DNA from: Paraspadella gotoi
Lineage: Eukaryota; Animalia; Chaetognatha
Direction: 5' to 3'
Length of the DNA: 64,000 nt
Assembly: GCA_051294375.1 (NCBI GenBank)
Contig: CM119266.1
Location: 13,766,735 to 13,830,734 of the forward strand
The translations under genes were made by a program, and so were the position numbers. Numbering within the stretch: the first letter of the stretch is position 1; each line of letters starts with the position of its first letter. Positions 11,252 to 24,900 of this stretch are shown one piece after another. The notes beneath the pieces were generated by a model. It was not told where the DNA came from and did not search any database. It saw nothing but the letters and a program-made list of their open reading frames with translations.

Positions 11252-14200
11252 CAGTAACTTTTTATCTTTACTTCGATAAATGGAGGGAGCGATATTCTCA
11301 AACGGATTGAAATCAGCTCAGCTGTGAGTAATGGAATCAGGAAAGGTTAGTTTGTGTCATGTGGAACGGATTTTAAAATTGAAAAAATTGGATCAGCACC
11401 TAAAAAATTTTTTACAAATATTTGCTTAGCGCAGTCTATTAATGAAGCTAGCACTAATTTTTTGCTGATAAATTCCTAGACAGACGTACCATAATCGATG
11501 TAATAAATTTCTTGAAATTATTTTTTTTTTGGCTTTTTAATAATTATTTAGTCAAAATAATTATTCAAAAGTATTCTGAAAATATAAAAGTAATTGATTC
11601 CCTTTTTTTTATACAAATATACATTGAACAAGGCAGTTTTATAATAAATAAAATTTTAAAAATTATTTTAAATACAAAATTTTTCCAATATTATTAAATA
11701 TTATAGTCTTAAAAATAATTTAAATGTTTAAAACTATAAGGGGTTTGAAAGAACATCATGCTGATTCAATCATTTTTGTTTAAATTGATTTCTTGTTCTT
11801 GCTTTTACAGACTCACTACATTTGTAAAAATTAAAAAATATCCCTTTCAAAAATATAATGAAGGTTCCATGTATTGGAAAAAAAGTTATAAAATTAACTA
11901 TTGAAAATTGAATATTACTCTGATATAAAATTTTTAAGTGGAGAAGAAATAAGATTGCCAAGATTCAGGGAAAAGTTCATTATTATATTTTTATGGAAAA
12001 AAAAAAAGTATTTTTTAATAGGATTGAAGCATTTCTCATGGTAAGCGGAAGGCAGAGTTCTTCAAAGACAGATTTATGTAAGGACTTAAATTTTTGCAAT
12101 ATGAGGAAACTCCAAATTTTGAGGTTCACACTATCTTTTCTTACTAACATTGACAACCAAAAGTAGAGTTTAATCACATAAAGAGTAGACCTTTCCATAT
12201 TGAAAAGTTTTCAAATCAAAAAAGTTATGTGTAAAAGGTTGCCATATAATATATAATTTTTTGAAATTTGCTGTTCCAAACAAATATTTACATGTAAAGA
12301 TGATGGCAATCTTGAAAAAATGAAAAAAGGTAAAAAATTGACATTTCTCTAATTCCATTTTAAAGATTTATTATGACAGGGAAGAAACACAACTCTATTT
12401 GTGAGGTGAAAAATTACTATGTTACATACCTCGATTATAAAATTAAATTATTTTTCTTACAATATTTTTTTAAAACTATTATTTAGGCTATTTTGAATAA
12501 CTTTTTAAAAAATGATATTTTTAACAATGTTTGTGAAAGATTTAAAAAGAAACTTATGCTCGATGAATAGAGAGATAATTGCCTTTGTTTTGCTAAAAAA
12601 TTTAAAAAAAAAGACTATAGTTAAAAACTTTTTAATATTAAAAAAATTACTTACCTTAAAGGTTGAACTACGTTAAAAGAAAAGGAATGCAACTTTTCTT
12701 ACAGTAAATAAAAAATATAGTAATTCTGATATTGTTTGCTCATCACTTGTTAATTAATTTATCAAATTTTTGTCAATTTTTCTTTTTATTTATATAAAAA
12801 ATTTTTTAAAAAATCTTAAAGTAGTATTGATGCGAGCCAGCTAGCTATTTTAAAATAATTAATGAAAACAATGCGGAAAAAAAGAAATAATCTGATGTGA
12901 TTACGAATTACTTGATGTAATGTAATTTATTGATGTAGTAGGAATTGATAAAATTGGTAAAAAATGCCGGATGAGAAAAAAAAATTAAACAATTACTTGA
13001 GCGATGATTACCATATTGACTGCGAAAAGATGATAACAAATATTGCAATTGCGACAATCCTATGCCTCATTTTCTGCTCTCTTGTGCGAATTCGCGGTTC
13101 TCTTCTCTCTCTCTCTTCTCTTCTCTCTCTCCTCTCTCTCTCTCTTTGCAATTGCGAGATCCTTATGCATTTTTAGGATTTTTTTTAATGCATTATTATT
13201 TCTGCTTGCATCATTTTTTCAACTTGCGTAATTTTATTAAATTGCATACATTTTTTCACATTATCTAATAATTAATTAATTTAAATTCACACTTATTAGT
13301 ACATAAATTGTAATCATAAATAATCAAAGATTCAAGTAAATGTGACTTATGTTTTTTTCCATTTAAACTCATTTCCACTGGCAATTCCATCAATAACTTT
13401 ATATCTAGCTTTTTTCACACACTTTCCTACCACTCACAAAAATTAATCCAAGTCTATATGGGTAAAATAAGTAAAAAGATTCAAGTTAAATGTGACTCAT
13501 ATTTTTTTCATTACAACTATTTCCACCACTGTACGTCTTCCAAGAAAACTTTATATAAAGCATCGTACAATACACATTTTTCTACCAACAACAAAATTTG
13601 AACTCATCTATCCATCAATTATGATTAATTAGAGTAATTATTGGTTTAATAAGTAAATCGTTTTAGTAAAATGGCGACGATATGTTTTTTCGCCACTTAA
13701 ACATTTCCACTCCCCCGATTCGTCGAAACTATCATATACAGCTTTATACACACTTTCCTACCACAGCCCAAAAAATCATTCCATCAACAGCAATCACGAT
13801 ATTGGAGCTCTTTTGCTAAGGGTGGAAATGGATGGACGATTGATTTGACTGATTAATATAAATTATTGATTATTAATTGATAATTGATTTAATTAACTGA
13901 TTAATTATTTGTTTATATAATAATCTGCATATACATTTAATATAAAGAAAAGATCTTATCATTAGTAAACAGTTTTTGTTTGTTTTCCATTTAACTTATT
14001 CCACCAAAAGATTCCATCCAAACTGTTCTGTTCAATCAACCTTTTCTACTCCTCCAAATTCAGTAATCGCCCATCCACTAATGAGAAATTGGTGTTCAAA
14101 TAGTGATATATTTTTTATTTTTTCCATATAAGTGAATTATAGAGTCGAGGATTGCTGATAAGCAAATCGACTAAAACAAAAACAACACAAAATATTTTTT

Positions 14201-15802
14201 ATGTCTCATTTCTCTCTCTTGTAAAGAATAGGTCGTGTTACTGATAGCTTATGCAGCTGCATAGTCGGTACTAGGCTGCATACGGCGTGTCAATATTTGC
14301 TTTATTTGGAAGTTGTCTAGTTACTGAAACTACTACGTTCTTGAGGGGAGCCGTAAGACGATTCGACCGTCACGATTCTTTTAGAAACTAAGATTAATTT
14401 GAGAAAGTAAAAATCCCGACTGCGCAAAATAAGTTTGAAACGCGCTCTCTTCTGATTTGTTCGAAAACAGATTTTGTCTCCTTCGTCTTCTCTCTCTTTC
14501 TCTCATCTCTTCTCCTCTGGCTCTCATATGCAATTGGACGATCTTTGCTTTTAAGTATTTTTAAGAAAGTGATTCCATTGAGTGGGATACGCCTACTACT
14601 AAGATAGATCGGTTCGTCCCTGTAGTAATAAGCTTTAAAAGATATTTATAAAAAGTAATTTTTAGCATTTTTTAATTTTTTTCAGAGTTAGCAGCATTTC
14701 TGTAAAAATCTTTGAAAAATATTCAAATAAATTCATAGAGTATGGGCACCTTTACAATACTGTTTCTTTGATTAATTTCAATTCATGCGAAAGGTTACCA
14801 TTATGTTGCATTAAGAATCTGACTCTTGTTCCTAAATGTTAGTAAGAAAAGAGATAGGTGAACATCAAAAATTTTGTGAGGATTGTCCTCAATATTGCAG
14901 AAAAAATTTAAGTCCTACTAAATCTGTCTTCGAAGAACTTGTCTCAGCTGCTTTGGCCATGAGAGAACGCTTCAATTGCTATTAAAAAAATCTCTTATTC
15001 TTTTTTTCTAAAATATAATAATGACACTTTTCCTTGATATCTTTTGGAATCTTAATTCTCTCATTTAAATTTGTGATAGCAAGTAATATTTAATTTTCAA
15101 AGTTAATTTTAAATTTTTTTTCAATAATGGACCTATCATTTTTTTATAAGGTTTGAAAACGGGATGAAATTTTCTTATTTTTTCAAATATACATGAGACC
15201 TGCATACAACAAAACAGAATCAAATTTTAAAAAAAAATAGATTTGGAAAATCCAGCATGATTTGATTTAAAACAATATCAACTCAATTTAAACATAATTA
15301 TTAAATTCAGTTTTAAAGACTATACAACATAACCCACAATCTCATCTATCATGCATAATCGAGAAATAATTTTACTAGGTCTTTAAAATATTTTTTAAAA
15401 CATTTATTTGTTTATTTATTAAATCGCTCTTGTTAATGTATCATTTTGTATAAAAAGGCATCAATTACTTGGGATATTTTCAGAATACTTTGAATAATTA
15501 TTTTTGACTAATCTAATTAATTAAAACAAAAAAATAAAATTATTTAAAAAATTTATAACTCATAATTAGGTTCGTCTCGAGTATGATATGAGCAAAAATG
15601 ATAGGGCAAGCTTATTAATAACTTGCGTAGAGAAATATTGTAAAAAAATTTTAGGGTGCTGAGCGCAATTTTTGATTTGAAAATCCCTCCAATGGGGACA
15701 CAAGCTCACCCTATTCTGCATTATTACTCATAGTTGAGCTATTCAACTCCAAGTTGAGAGATATCACTCCATACAGTTTATCGAGTAAAGAAAAAAGTAC
15801 TG
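11252..15802. mobile_element. Non-autonomous Tc1/mariner-type (foldback-like) DNA transposon with TIRs of about 1.15 kb
   Basis: TA|CAGT...ACTG|TA boundaries. 11252-~12385 is an imperfect reverse complement of ~14615-15802. The empty site is visible in the other arm of the duplication (~21335-21345). No transposase ORF. Confidence 0.8.
13326..14075. repeat. Three to four diverged ~150-180 bp repeat units inside the long-TIR element
   Basis: The motif series aaagattcaagtaaatgtgac...ttcca...cacactttcctacca recurs at ~13326, ~13475, ~13660 and, weakly, ~13960. Confidence 0.6.
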
Positions 15803-18641
15803 TAATTATTTTCAACGTTTATTTAGTGAGGAATGAGTTTAATTTCGCTTTGTTGAGTGTTCATTGTGCGGTCTTTTAACTAATGTTTAAGATATAATTG
15901 TGCTTGCGCGATTTTATTATCGGAGTTCTCAGCCATACTAGGTCATTGCGTATATTTTTTTAATCCGTCAAAGATTATAAATACAAAGTGTAGAATAACA
16001 ATGTAGTGAAATAATCTCGGGATTTTCCTGTGGTCTCTTCTCAGCGGAAGACAGACAGATATTTCCGTTTCACCCTGAATTTGATTATCGGTCGTAAATT
16101 CTATGACAAAGACTTTGGCGTTTTATTTTTCGTACGTCGCTGTCGTACGTCATCGCGTCGTTTTCGTGCGGAGTGATGATATCTCGGCGACGCTCGTTGC
16201 ATAGAACAAGAGACCGATTAAATAGAATAACAGAAATGGACTGGGAAAGCTGTCGGGGCAATGAAGTGATCGCTTTCGTTCAGTTGCACAACAAATGCCA
16301 TGCTTTGATACGTTTGTTTTTGATTATTTTAAATTGAATCAGGTTAACAAATTATAATTAAATAAATAAATACGGGATAATGTTTCGCTGGATTTGATCA
16401 TCAGCGCCACTTGGTTGCGACGAGGTGCAAACCACCGGAAGCGTCTTGTATCTCAACGACGTCTGGCGGGGGAAGGACTAATGATGGCTGGTTTAACCTT
16501 AGCTAGAATATTAAGGGTTATGATGATTTTTGGAAATTGTAAGGATGTATGTAGTAACTAGACTGGGATCGAAAAAGGTGAGACAAGGTTAGGTCAGTGA
16601 ACTTGTGATTCAAACGATTATAGAAAGCGGTGGCGGAAATCGGCCAGCAGCACGATGGATAAAAATGGCGCGAAATAAACAGTTATGATAAAAAGGATGA
16701 ACGGGAAGAAGGCAACAATGTGGGAAAAGCAAGACAGCACTGAAAAAAAAAGCATAAAGTAGCGAATAAGCTGCAATAAGCAAGAACGATAAGCGAGGAG
16801 AAGCGAAGGAACGAGGGAGCGGCGGCGTGAAAGTGGCGGGCGTGAAGGTCGGCGAGAAGTCGGCGAGAAGCCGTCGGGCGAGAAGCGTCGGGCGAGTGCG
16901 TTCGGGCGGAGCGGCTTTAATTAAATGCGCGGGATTCGAGTCGCGTCGTCGTCCCGAAGGATTCGATGAAACGAAGGGCGAAGGCGAGAGAAGGAAAAGG
17001 GAGTCGCGGGGGCGGCGGCGGGGCGAGCGGACGGCGGCGGCGGGCGGCGGCGGCGAAGCTGATGGACTGGAGAGTCAAAAAGCACTGTGGCTATGAAAAA
17101 AAGGAACATCACTGTGATATCGGTATATGTGCAGTTGCCAAATTTTGAGAAATGAATTAAGTTCTGTTTTTGTAGCGCGTTCTTGGCATTGCTTTAACCA
17201 CAAAGCTTTACACACCTTTCGAACAGCCACTTGGTTTTTCCATATTCATCTCTCTTAATATTATTTTAACATATAGGTTACAACCGACTTTCTCTCTCTC
17301 TCTGTCCTCTCCTTCCTACTTTCCTCCTCTCCCCTCTTCTCTCATCTCTTCTCTGTCTTTTCTCTCTCTCTCTCTCCTATCTGCTCTTCCTGTCTCCTCT
17401 TCTTCTCTCTCTCTACTCTTCTCTCTCTTTTCTCTCTTCTCTCTCTCTCTTTCTCTCTCTCCCTTCTCCTCTTTCTTTCTTCTCTCTTTATCTCATCTCA
17501 TTTTTTTAAAAAAACTATGAAATAATCTCTTCTCCTTTTTCTCTCCTCCTCTTATGGTTTCACGCTCCATTTTTCCAATTCTCTTACTCCTCATTCTCAT
17601 CCGCCTCTGCGATCATGAGGGCCTTTCCGTTTTCAATTTCCTATCGACATTTTTTCCGTATTTTATTCCCAGTGTCGTCGTCGTCGTTGTCGCCCGTCAT
17701 CTGATCGTCGTCGTGATGTATCGCTTTCATTTAGCGTCGACTTGAGATGATTTTTGTTTTTAAAGAATTGTTCACTTCGTCGTGTACTCGTAAGTTTTTG
17801 TGATCATCAATGCGATTGCATCCAATTATAATAGTATATTTCTCTTTTATTGTAATGTTCTTTAAAATGTTTTTTTCGATAATTTAGTTAAACAATATCG
17901 CTTAAAAAATACATTTGAGGAACATACAATAAAGAAAAAGATATTTATTATTCAGCTTTAAGCGTTGATGTAAATATTGTTTTGACACTCTACAAATATC
18001 TGGAATATTAAATCGATAGATATGATTAAAGAGATAGTGATTAGATGGATATAATAACATAAAATTGATATAAATGATATATGATTAATTGAAGATAGAT
18101 TATTAAATATATTAATAGAAATCTTAAATAAAATCTAATAATAAAAAAAGAGCAGTCGGGCCGGAAGTAAGTTAGCGTTAAAGGGGACGTCGGGTGAGAC
18201 GAGAGGGCGCCTGTGGCTTTTTTCTTTTTTCATCTTTCTTTCTGGCTTATTTTCTTTCTTTTCGCACTTCCTTAGTTCTTTTTTCTGGCTTGTTCTGCGC
18301 TCGTCAAGTCGAGCGTGAAGGAGTCTAGACGCGATTCGTCTCCTATACGGAGTCGTGGTCGGTCGTCGTCGTTGTCCGTTTGTTATGTGTTGTTGTTATG
18401 ATTGTTGTCGTCGTGACTTCGCTTTATTCATTCAATATCATAATCGTTTCATGGAGATGGTTGTAGGTTAGTTTGTTTTTAAAGAAAGGAGAGAGAGAGA
18501 GGAGATGAGAGAGAGATGAGAGGAGAGAGAGAGAGTTTCTTTAAAACAAACCTTACCTACAACCAGTCTCCATGAAACGATTTTGATTTGAATGAATGAA
18601 GCGAAGTCACGACGACAACAACGATAACAACAACAATAACA

Positions 18642-18672
<31 letters not shown>

Positions 18673-19508
18673 CGTTTGATGGAGACGAATCGCGTCTAGA
18701 CTCCTTCACGCTCGACTGACGACCGCGAAGCCACAGGCGCCCTCTCGTCTCACCCCGACGTCCCCTTTACGCTTAACGTTACTTCCGGCCCGACTGCTCT
18801 TTTTTTTATTTATTAGATTTTATTTTTTAGATTTCATATTTTAATATTATTTTAATAATCTATCTTTCAATTAATCTATATATTCATTTTATATCAATTT
18901 ATGTATATATCCATCTATCTATCTATCTCTTAATCTATCTAGCGATTTAATATTCAATATTTGTAAGAGTGTCAAAACAATATTTACATCAACGCTTAAA
19001 GCTTAATAATAAATATCTTTTTTCTTTTATTGTATGTTCCTCAAATGTATTTTTTAACGATATTGTTTAACTTAAATATCGTTAAAAAAACATTTGAAGA
19101 ACATACAATAAAAGAGAAAATATACTTATTATAATTGGATGCCATCCGCATTGATGATCACAAAAAACTTACGAGGTACACGACGAAGTGAAACAATTCT
19201 TTGAAAAAAAAAAAATCACGTCAAGTGCGACGCTATAATGAAAGCGATGACATCGACGACGACGACGATGACGACAACGACGACGACGACGACGTCGGGT
19301 GAAATAAAATACGGAAAAAATGTCGATAGGAAATTGAAAGACGGAAAAGGCGCCTCATGATCGCAGGTGCGGATAGAGAAATGGAAGGAGGAAGGAAAAT
19401 GGAAAAATGGAGCGATGAAAACCATAAGAGGGAGAGAGTAAAAAGGGAGAAGAGATTGATTTCATAGTTTTTTTAAAAAAATGAGATGAGATAAAGAGAG
19501 AAGAAAGA

Positions 19509-19553
<45 letters not shown>

Positions 19554-19616
19554 AGCAGAGAGAGAAGAGAGAGAAGAGAGAGAGAGAGAGAGAAGAGGAG
19601 AGAGAAGAGCAGAAGT

Positions 19617-19647
<31 letters not shown>

Positions 19648-20039
19648 AGAGATGAGAGAAGAGGGGAGAGGAGGAAAGTAGGAAGGAGAGGACAGAGAGA
19701 GAGAGAAAGTCGGTGTACCTGATATGTAAAAATAAATTAAGAGAGAAATTTGAATATGGAAAAAGCCAAGGTGGTTGTTCGAGGTGGTTAAAGCGTTGGT
19801 GGTTGAAAGACAATGCCAAGAGACGCGCGACAAAAACAGAACCTTAATTCATTTTCTCAAAATCTTGGCAACTGCACATTACGCCGATGATCACAGTGGA
19901 TGTTCCTCTTTTTTCCATTAGCCACAGTGGCTTTTTGACTCTCCATCCATCAGCGCCGCCGCCGCCGCCGACTTCCTCTTTTCCCTTTTCCGCCTTCGCC
20001 CTCGTTTTCATCCGAATCCTTTTCGGACGACGACGCGAC

Positions 20040-20278
20040 TCGAATCCCGCGCATTGAATTTTAAAAGCCGCTTCTCGCCCGACGCTTCTCGCCCGACGCT
20101 TNNNNNNNNNNNNNNNNNNNNNNNNNGCGACGGGCGTGAAAGTGGCGGCGTGAAGTGTCGGGGAAGTGGCGGGCGTGAAGGGCGGCGAGAAGCGTCGGGC
20201 GAGAAGCGTCGGCGAGAAGCGTCGGGCGAGAAGCGTCGGGCGAGAAGCGGCTTTTAAAATTCAATGCGCGGGATTCGA
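20040..20278. mobile_element. GC-rich hairpin / MITE-like element built of 14-nt (CGGGCGAGAAGCGT) subrepeats
   Basis: Terminal inverted repeat tcgaatcccgcgcattgaattttaaaagccgcttctcgcccgacgct... / ...agcgtcgggcgagaagcggcttttaaaattcaatgcgcgggattcga; a 25-N gap lies inside. Confidence 0.6.
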
Positions 20279-21912
20279 TTCGGCGCCGCCGCTCCCTCGT
20301 TCACGTTCGCTTCTCGCTCGCTTATCGCTTCTTGCTTATTGCAGCTTATTCGCTACTTTATTTGCTTTTTTTTTCAGTGCTTCTTGCTTTTTCCCAATTG
20401 TTGCTTCTTCCGTTCATCGCTTTTTTATCATAACTTTTTTTTCGCGCCATTTTTTATCCATCGGTTGCTGCTGGCCGATTTCCGCCCACCGCTTTCTACT
20501 GAATTCGTTTGAATCACAAGTTCACTGACCTCAACCTTGGATCCTCACCCTTTTCCGAATCCAGTCTCGAGTTACGTACATACATCCTTACAATTTCCAA
20601 ATCATCATAATCCCCTCAATATTCTAGCAAGGTTAAACGGCCATCATTAGTCCTTTCCCCCGCCAGACGTCGTTGAGGATACGAGAGACGCTTCCGGGTT
20701 GGCACCGTCGTCGCAACCAAGGTGGCGCTGATGATCAAGATCCAGCGAAACGATTTATCCGATTTATTTATTAATTTATTAATTGTTAACCTGATCAGAT
20801 TTAAAATAATCCAAACAAACGTATCAATATCATTGCATTTGTTGTTGCAACTGAACGAAATCACGTTCATTGACCCCGACAGCTTTTCCCAGTCCAGTTC
20901 TGTTATTCTATTTAATCGCGTCTCTTGTTTCTATGCAACGAGCGTCGCCGAGAAGTCATCACTTTTCCGCCAACGAAAACGACGATGACGACGACAGCGA
21001 CGACGAAAATAAAAACGGCCAAGTCGTTGTCATAGAAACGAGCGATAATCAAATCAGGGGAAACTGGAAAATATCGTCTTCTTCCGCTGAGAAGAAGACC
21101 ACGAAGGAAAAATCCGAGAATATTTCACTACATTTTATTCTACCACTTTGTATTTTATAATTTTAACGGATTAAAAAAAAAAATACGTACGCATGATCCT
21201 GATATGGTGAGAACTCCGATAAATAAAAATCGCCGCAGGCACAATTTATCTCTTAAACATTTAGTTAAAAGACCGCACAATGAAGCAACTCAACAACAGC
21301 GAAATAAACTCATTCCTCATAAATAACGTTTGAAATGATATATGAAACTTTTTTTTTACGAACAAAACAAGAGTGGACGTTTCATTATTTTCGCGGACTA
21401 GAAAACGAAAAAAAAAAAAAACTACAATAAATCAGGATTTAACACAAACAGTTAACGTCAATTCATAGGCACATGTGGAGGCGTCGAATGGTTTTTCTTT
21501 AATAAAAAAAAAAGGGAGAGAAATTGGATTCGGTGTTAATGTTGTTGCCAAGAAAGAAAACGTCTCCAGTCTCTTTTTCGACGAGGCGTAATTAACAAGT
21601 CTAATAAAACGGAATGATTAACTCGGGAGGAATATAAAAAAAAATATTATAAAACGAGTTGTGCGTTCTTTTTTTGGCATGAATTTAAGTTTTTTTTGTT
21701 TTTTTTTAAATAAGTGGGGGAAGGGACGAAGATTCCCAGAAGCACCGCGTGATGATGTGAAGGCCAACACTTTGTTCACAACTACGTCATTTCACCGTTC
21801 GGCAGTCAAGTTTTTAGTGAAGCCGCGTTGTTAAAGACGTCCACATTGGTTTCTATTCGGCGTCGAATATCTTGACGTCAGAACGCCATTAAGGATAAAG
21901 GCAATATCGACG

Positions 21913-24900
21913 TCAACACGCCATTTTGACGTCCATGTTCGTAAAGAGTTTTTCGATTTGATCGACGGAGGACGAGGAGACGTGACTCACGTAAGCCGCG
22001 TCCGACGTTCCTGTGAGCGTCCCTGTGAGAGAGAACGTCACAAATCACGGGGAATACTAAGGATAGAATCTTTTAAACTGAGGCACTAAAAATCAATCAG
22101 ACTCCGTCAGAAACATTCTTTATTGAAGTCGGGCCATGCCCAATTGCCCAACCTGGCACGATTTCCGTGGTGGTCATGTGACAGACGTTGATGCTATTCG
22201 GGCCGTTGATCTCCAATCCGATAAGCGGCGCCTTCTTCACCGAATTTTCGTACATCGTCGTCTGGAAGATGTTCCTGGGGTCGAAAGGGGGCGGGGGGGG
22301 GGAGGTGAGAGACGGAGAAGAGGGAAGGGAGGAAGAGGACGAGAGGACGAGAGGACGGAGGGAATGAAATAGTGGAGATCCTGATTATTATCTAGTAACA
22401 AAGAAAATATAATCGCCAATCGAAATCTTTAAAAATTTCTAAACGCGGGAAAACATTTTTTTTGTTTTTATCCCTCGGTTCAATCGCCGGTGTAAAACAA
22501 CGCCACATTAAACAATTTGATTCCATTCGCTTTTCTGATTTCAATAAATAGATTCATCTCATTCGGTTCGGCATTTATATCCAACATACTAGGTAAAAGA
22601 GAGAAAAATCAGAAAATTTAGGAAGAGGAATAGAATGGAATAAGAGAACGTTTGGAAGGGAAAACAATGGAGAGAGGGAGGGGGGGGGTGTAAACAGAGG
22701 GAGTAAAGTAAATTGAAAGGGGAAACGGCCTCACCTCGCCTCATCCTCGGAAATTCGAATCTCGCAAGTCCGGATGAGAGAGAGCTTCGGGGAATCGGGT
22801 GACGACAACCGACGCAGCAGCTCGCGCGCCCTGGCGGACAGGAGAGTAAACAAAAGAACGATAACCTTTATAAAAAACGAAAGTAAACAAAGGGAAAATC
22901 GATAAAGTTTATCGCGATATGAACTATGAAGTGCATTTTTAAATCAGAAGTGTGGGTCATCGGTGAGTCAGTATTACAGTATTTTGTCAACATTGAAACA
23001 GTAAATCAGGAGATACTAGTTTTTGTTGATCAAACGTATTTAGAATGAACTTGTCAAGAAACGACTTCGGCTAAGATCAAGCTCGAAATGATTTGATAAC
23101 AATCAATCTTTCTTTTCTCCCGCTTTCACGTTTTCCCTCGATTGTCGACATCACTTTTCTTTTCTACATTTCCTTTCTTTTCCTTTCCTTTTCTCACCCT
23201 TTCCTTCTTTTCCTTTCTTTTCTTACCTTTCCTTTCTCTTCCTTTCCTTTCTCACCTTTCCTTTCTTTTCCTTTCTCACCTTTCCTTTCTTTTCCTTTCC
23301 TTTTTTACCTTTCCTTTCTTTTACTTTCCTTTTCTCACCTTTCCTTTCTTTTCCTTTTCTCACCTTTCCTTTCTTTTCTTTTCCTTTTCTTACCTTCGTC
23401 CGAATTTCCTTTGTCGTTGAAAAAAACGACCCAAACAACTGGATTCGTCGTCGTCGGATCGAACGTCGGGACCCTGAAGGCAAAACAAGTCGAGTGACGA
23501 TCATTTCCAGCTTTTGATCGATTCATCCATTACGAAAAAACAGAAGAAAAAAAAACACTATTAAAAATATATTTAAGGACAGAAAAAAAGATAAAAGACA
23601 TTTTTCAGCTGTTGTATATTGTTACAAGTTGGGACCATTGGAGAAGATATAAACGTTTGTGTGAAACGGCTGGCCGACGTATGTTAAATACAAACTTTTT
23701 ACCGTTCATAACCAAAAAAAAAATATATATTTCGAAAGAAATGAAGATCACAAGATCTAATGTAGACAAACTGAGAAACCAAAAAAGATCTAAGGGAAAA
23801 AAAAGAAAGATTCATGAAAGGCGGGGGGCAGAGAGAAGAAGAGGCTGGGGGGGGAGAGGGGCCAGGGGCGAAGGGGAGATGACGTCAGGGGGCCGGAGGA
23901 AAGGAAGGGGAAATTAAGGGAGGATAGAGGATAGGAGTCGAGACGTCACGCCGGTCTTTGAGGAGTTTGATTGACGGACGCCGCTCGCTGACCATCCACT
24001 TTTCCGGTCGGGCTGACGTCTATACGCCGGCTCTCGTCGGTGCGGCGTCGTGGCGCTCGCCCATCGACGCCCGCGGGAATAAATCGTAATAACGCAGAAA
24101 TGAAAAGGCAAAGATAGAAACGAAGATGATGGAAAAACGAGGGGAGGGGGCCAAGATGGGGGAGAAGGGAAAGTGCAGTGGGAAGGAAAAGTAGGGCTTT
24201 GGGTCTGGCGGTTGATAGGCTCGGGGAATTGGAAAAAGAGGGTGAAAGTGGTAGTTTAAGGGACCAGTGATAAAAAGATATCATAAGCTTAAGGGTCTAT
24301 CATCAAGAATTTGAATTGCGTGATAGTCATTAATTTTTCTTTGCACGGGAAAGTGGCGAAAAAATTCCTAATCTTTATTGTAGCGGAAACACAAAATTTA
24401 AAAATTATTGAAAAAAAAATTTGAGTTGACCCTACCTAAAATTTATATAATCCATTATTTATTTTGCATTAGAAAGTACTTTTTACTAAATTCCAAATTT
24501 TTCTTTTTTACCTGTAACAAAGCTACTATTTTTAGGTTTTAAGCCTCATTGAACAAAGGCTTTAAAGACTAAGATTTTTTTATTTTTATATTTACTTAAA
24601 AGCAGAAAAATCAAACCTAAATTCTATTCTTATAGAAACAAAACTGTAAATAACTATTAATTTAATATTCATATCATTCTTTAAATATATTATTAAACTA
24701 TATGATCCTAATTTTAACAATTAAAAATTAGCAAAAGTACAGAATCTTTCTCTTTTTTATATTTATCATTACTTTCAAAGAGTTTATTTTTATCCAATTA
24801 ACAGAATCATTTGAAAGAAAGTTTAAATAAAATCAGTCGATACCTAAAATTTTTGATTCTTTCCTAGTTTTTTTTGTTATAATTTTATATGGAATAAAAG

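Larger units (their letters stand above)
10980..21631. repeat. Large inverted duplication: left arm 10980-18487 (including a 4.55 kb insertion), right arm 18536-21631, GA-microsatellite spacer
   Basis: Reverse-complement similarity traced at the centre (gtttgtttttaaagaaa / tttctttaaaacaaac), across 15805-18487 vs 18536-21340, and at the outer ends (10980-11251 vs 21340-21631). The arms differ by many small indels. Confidence 0.93.
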
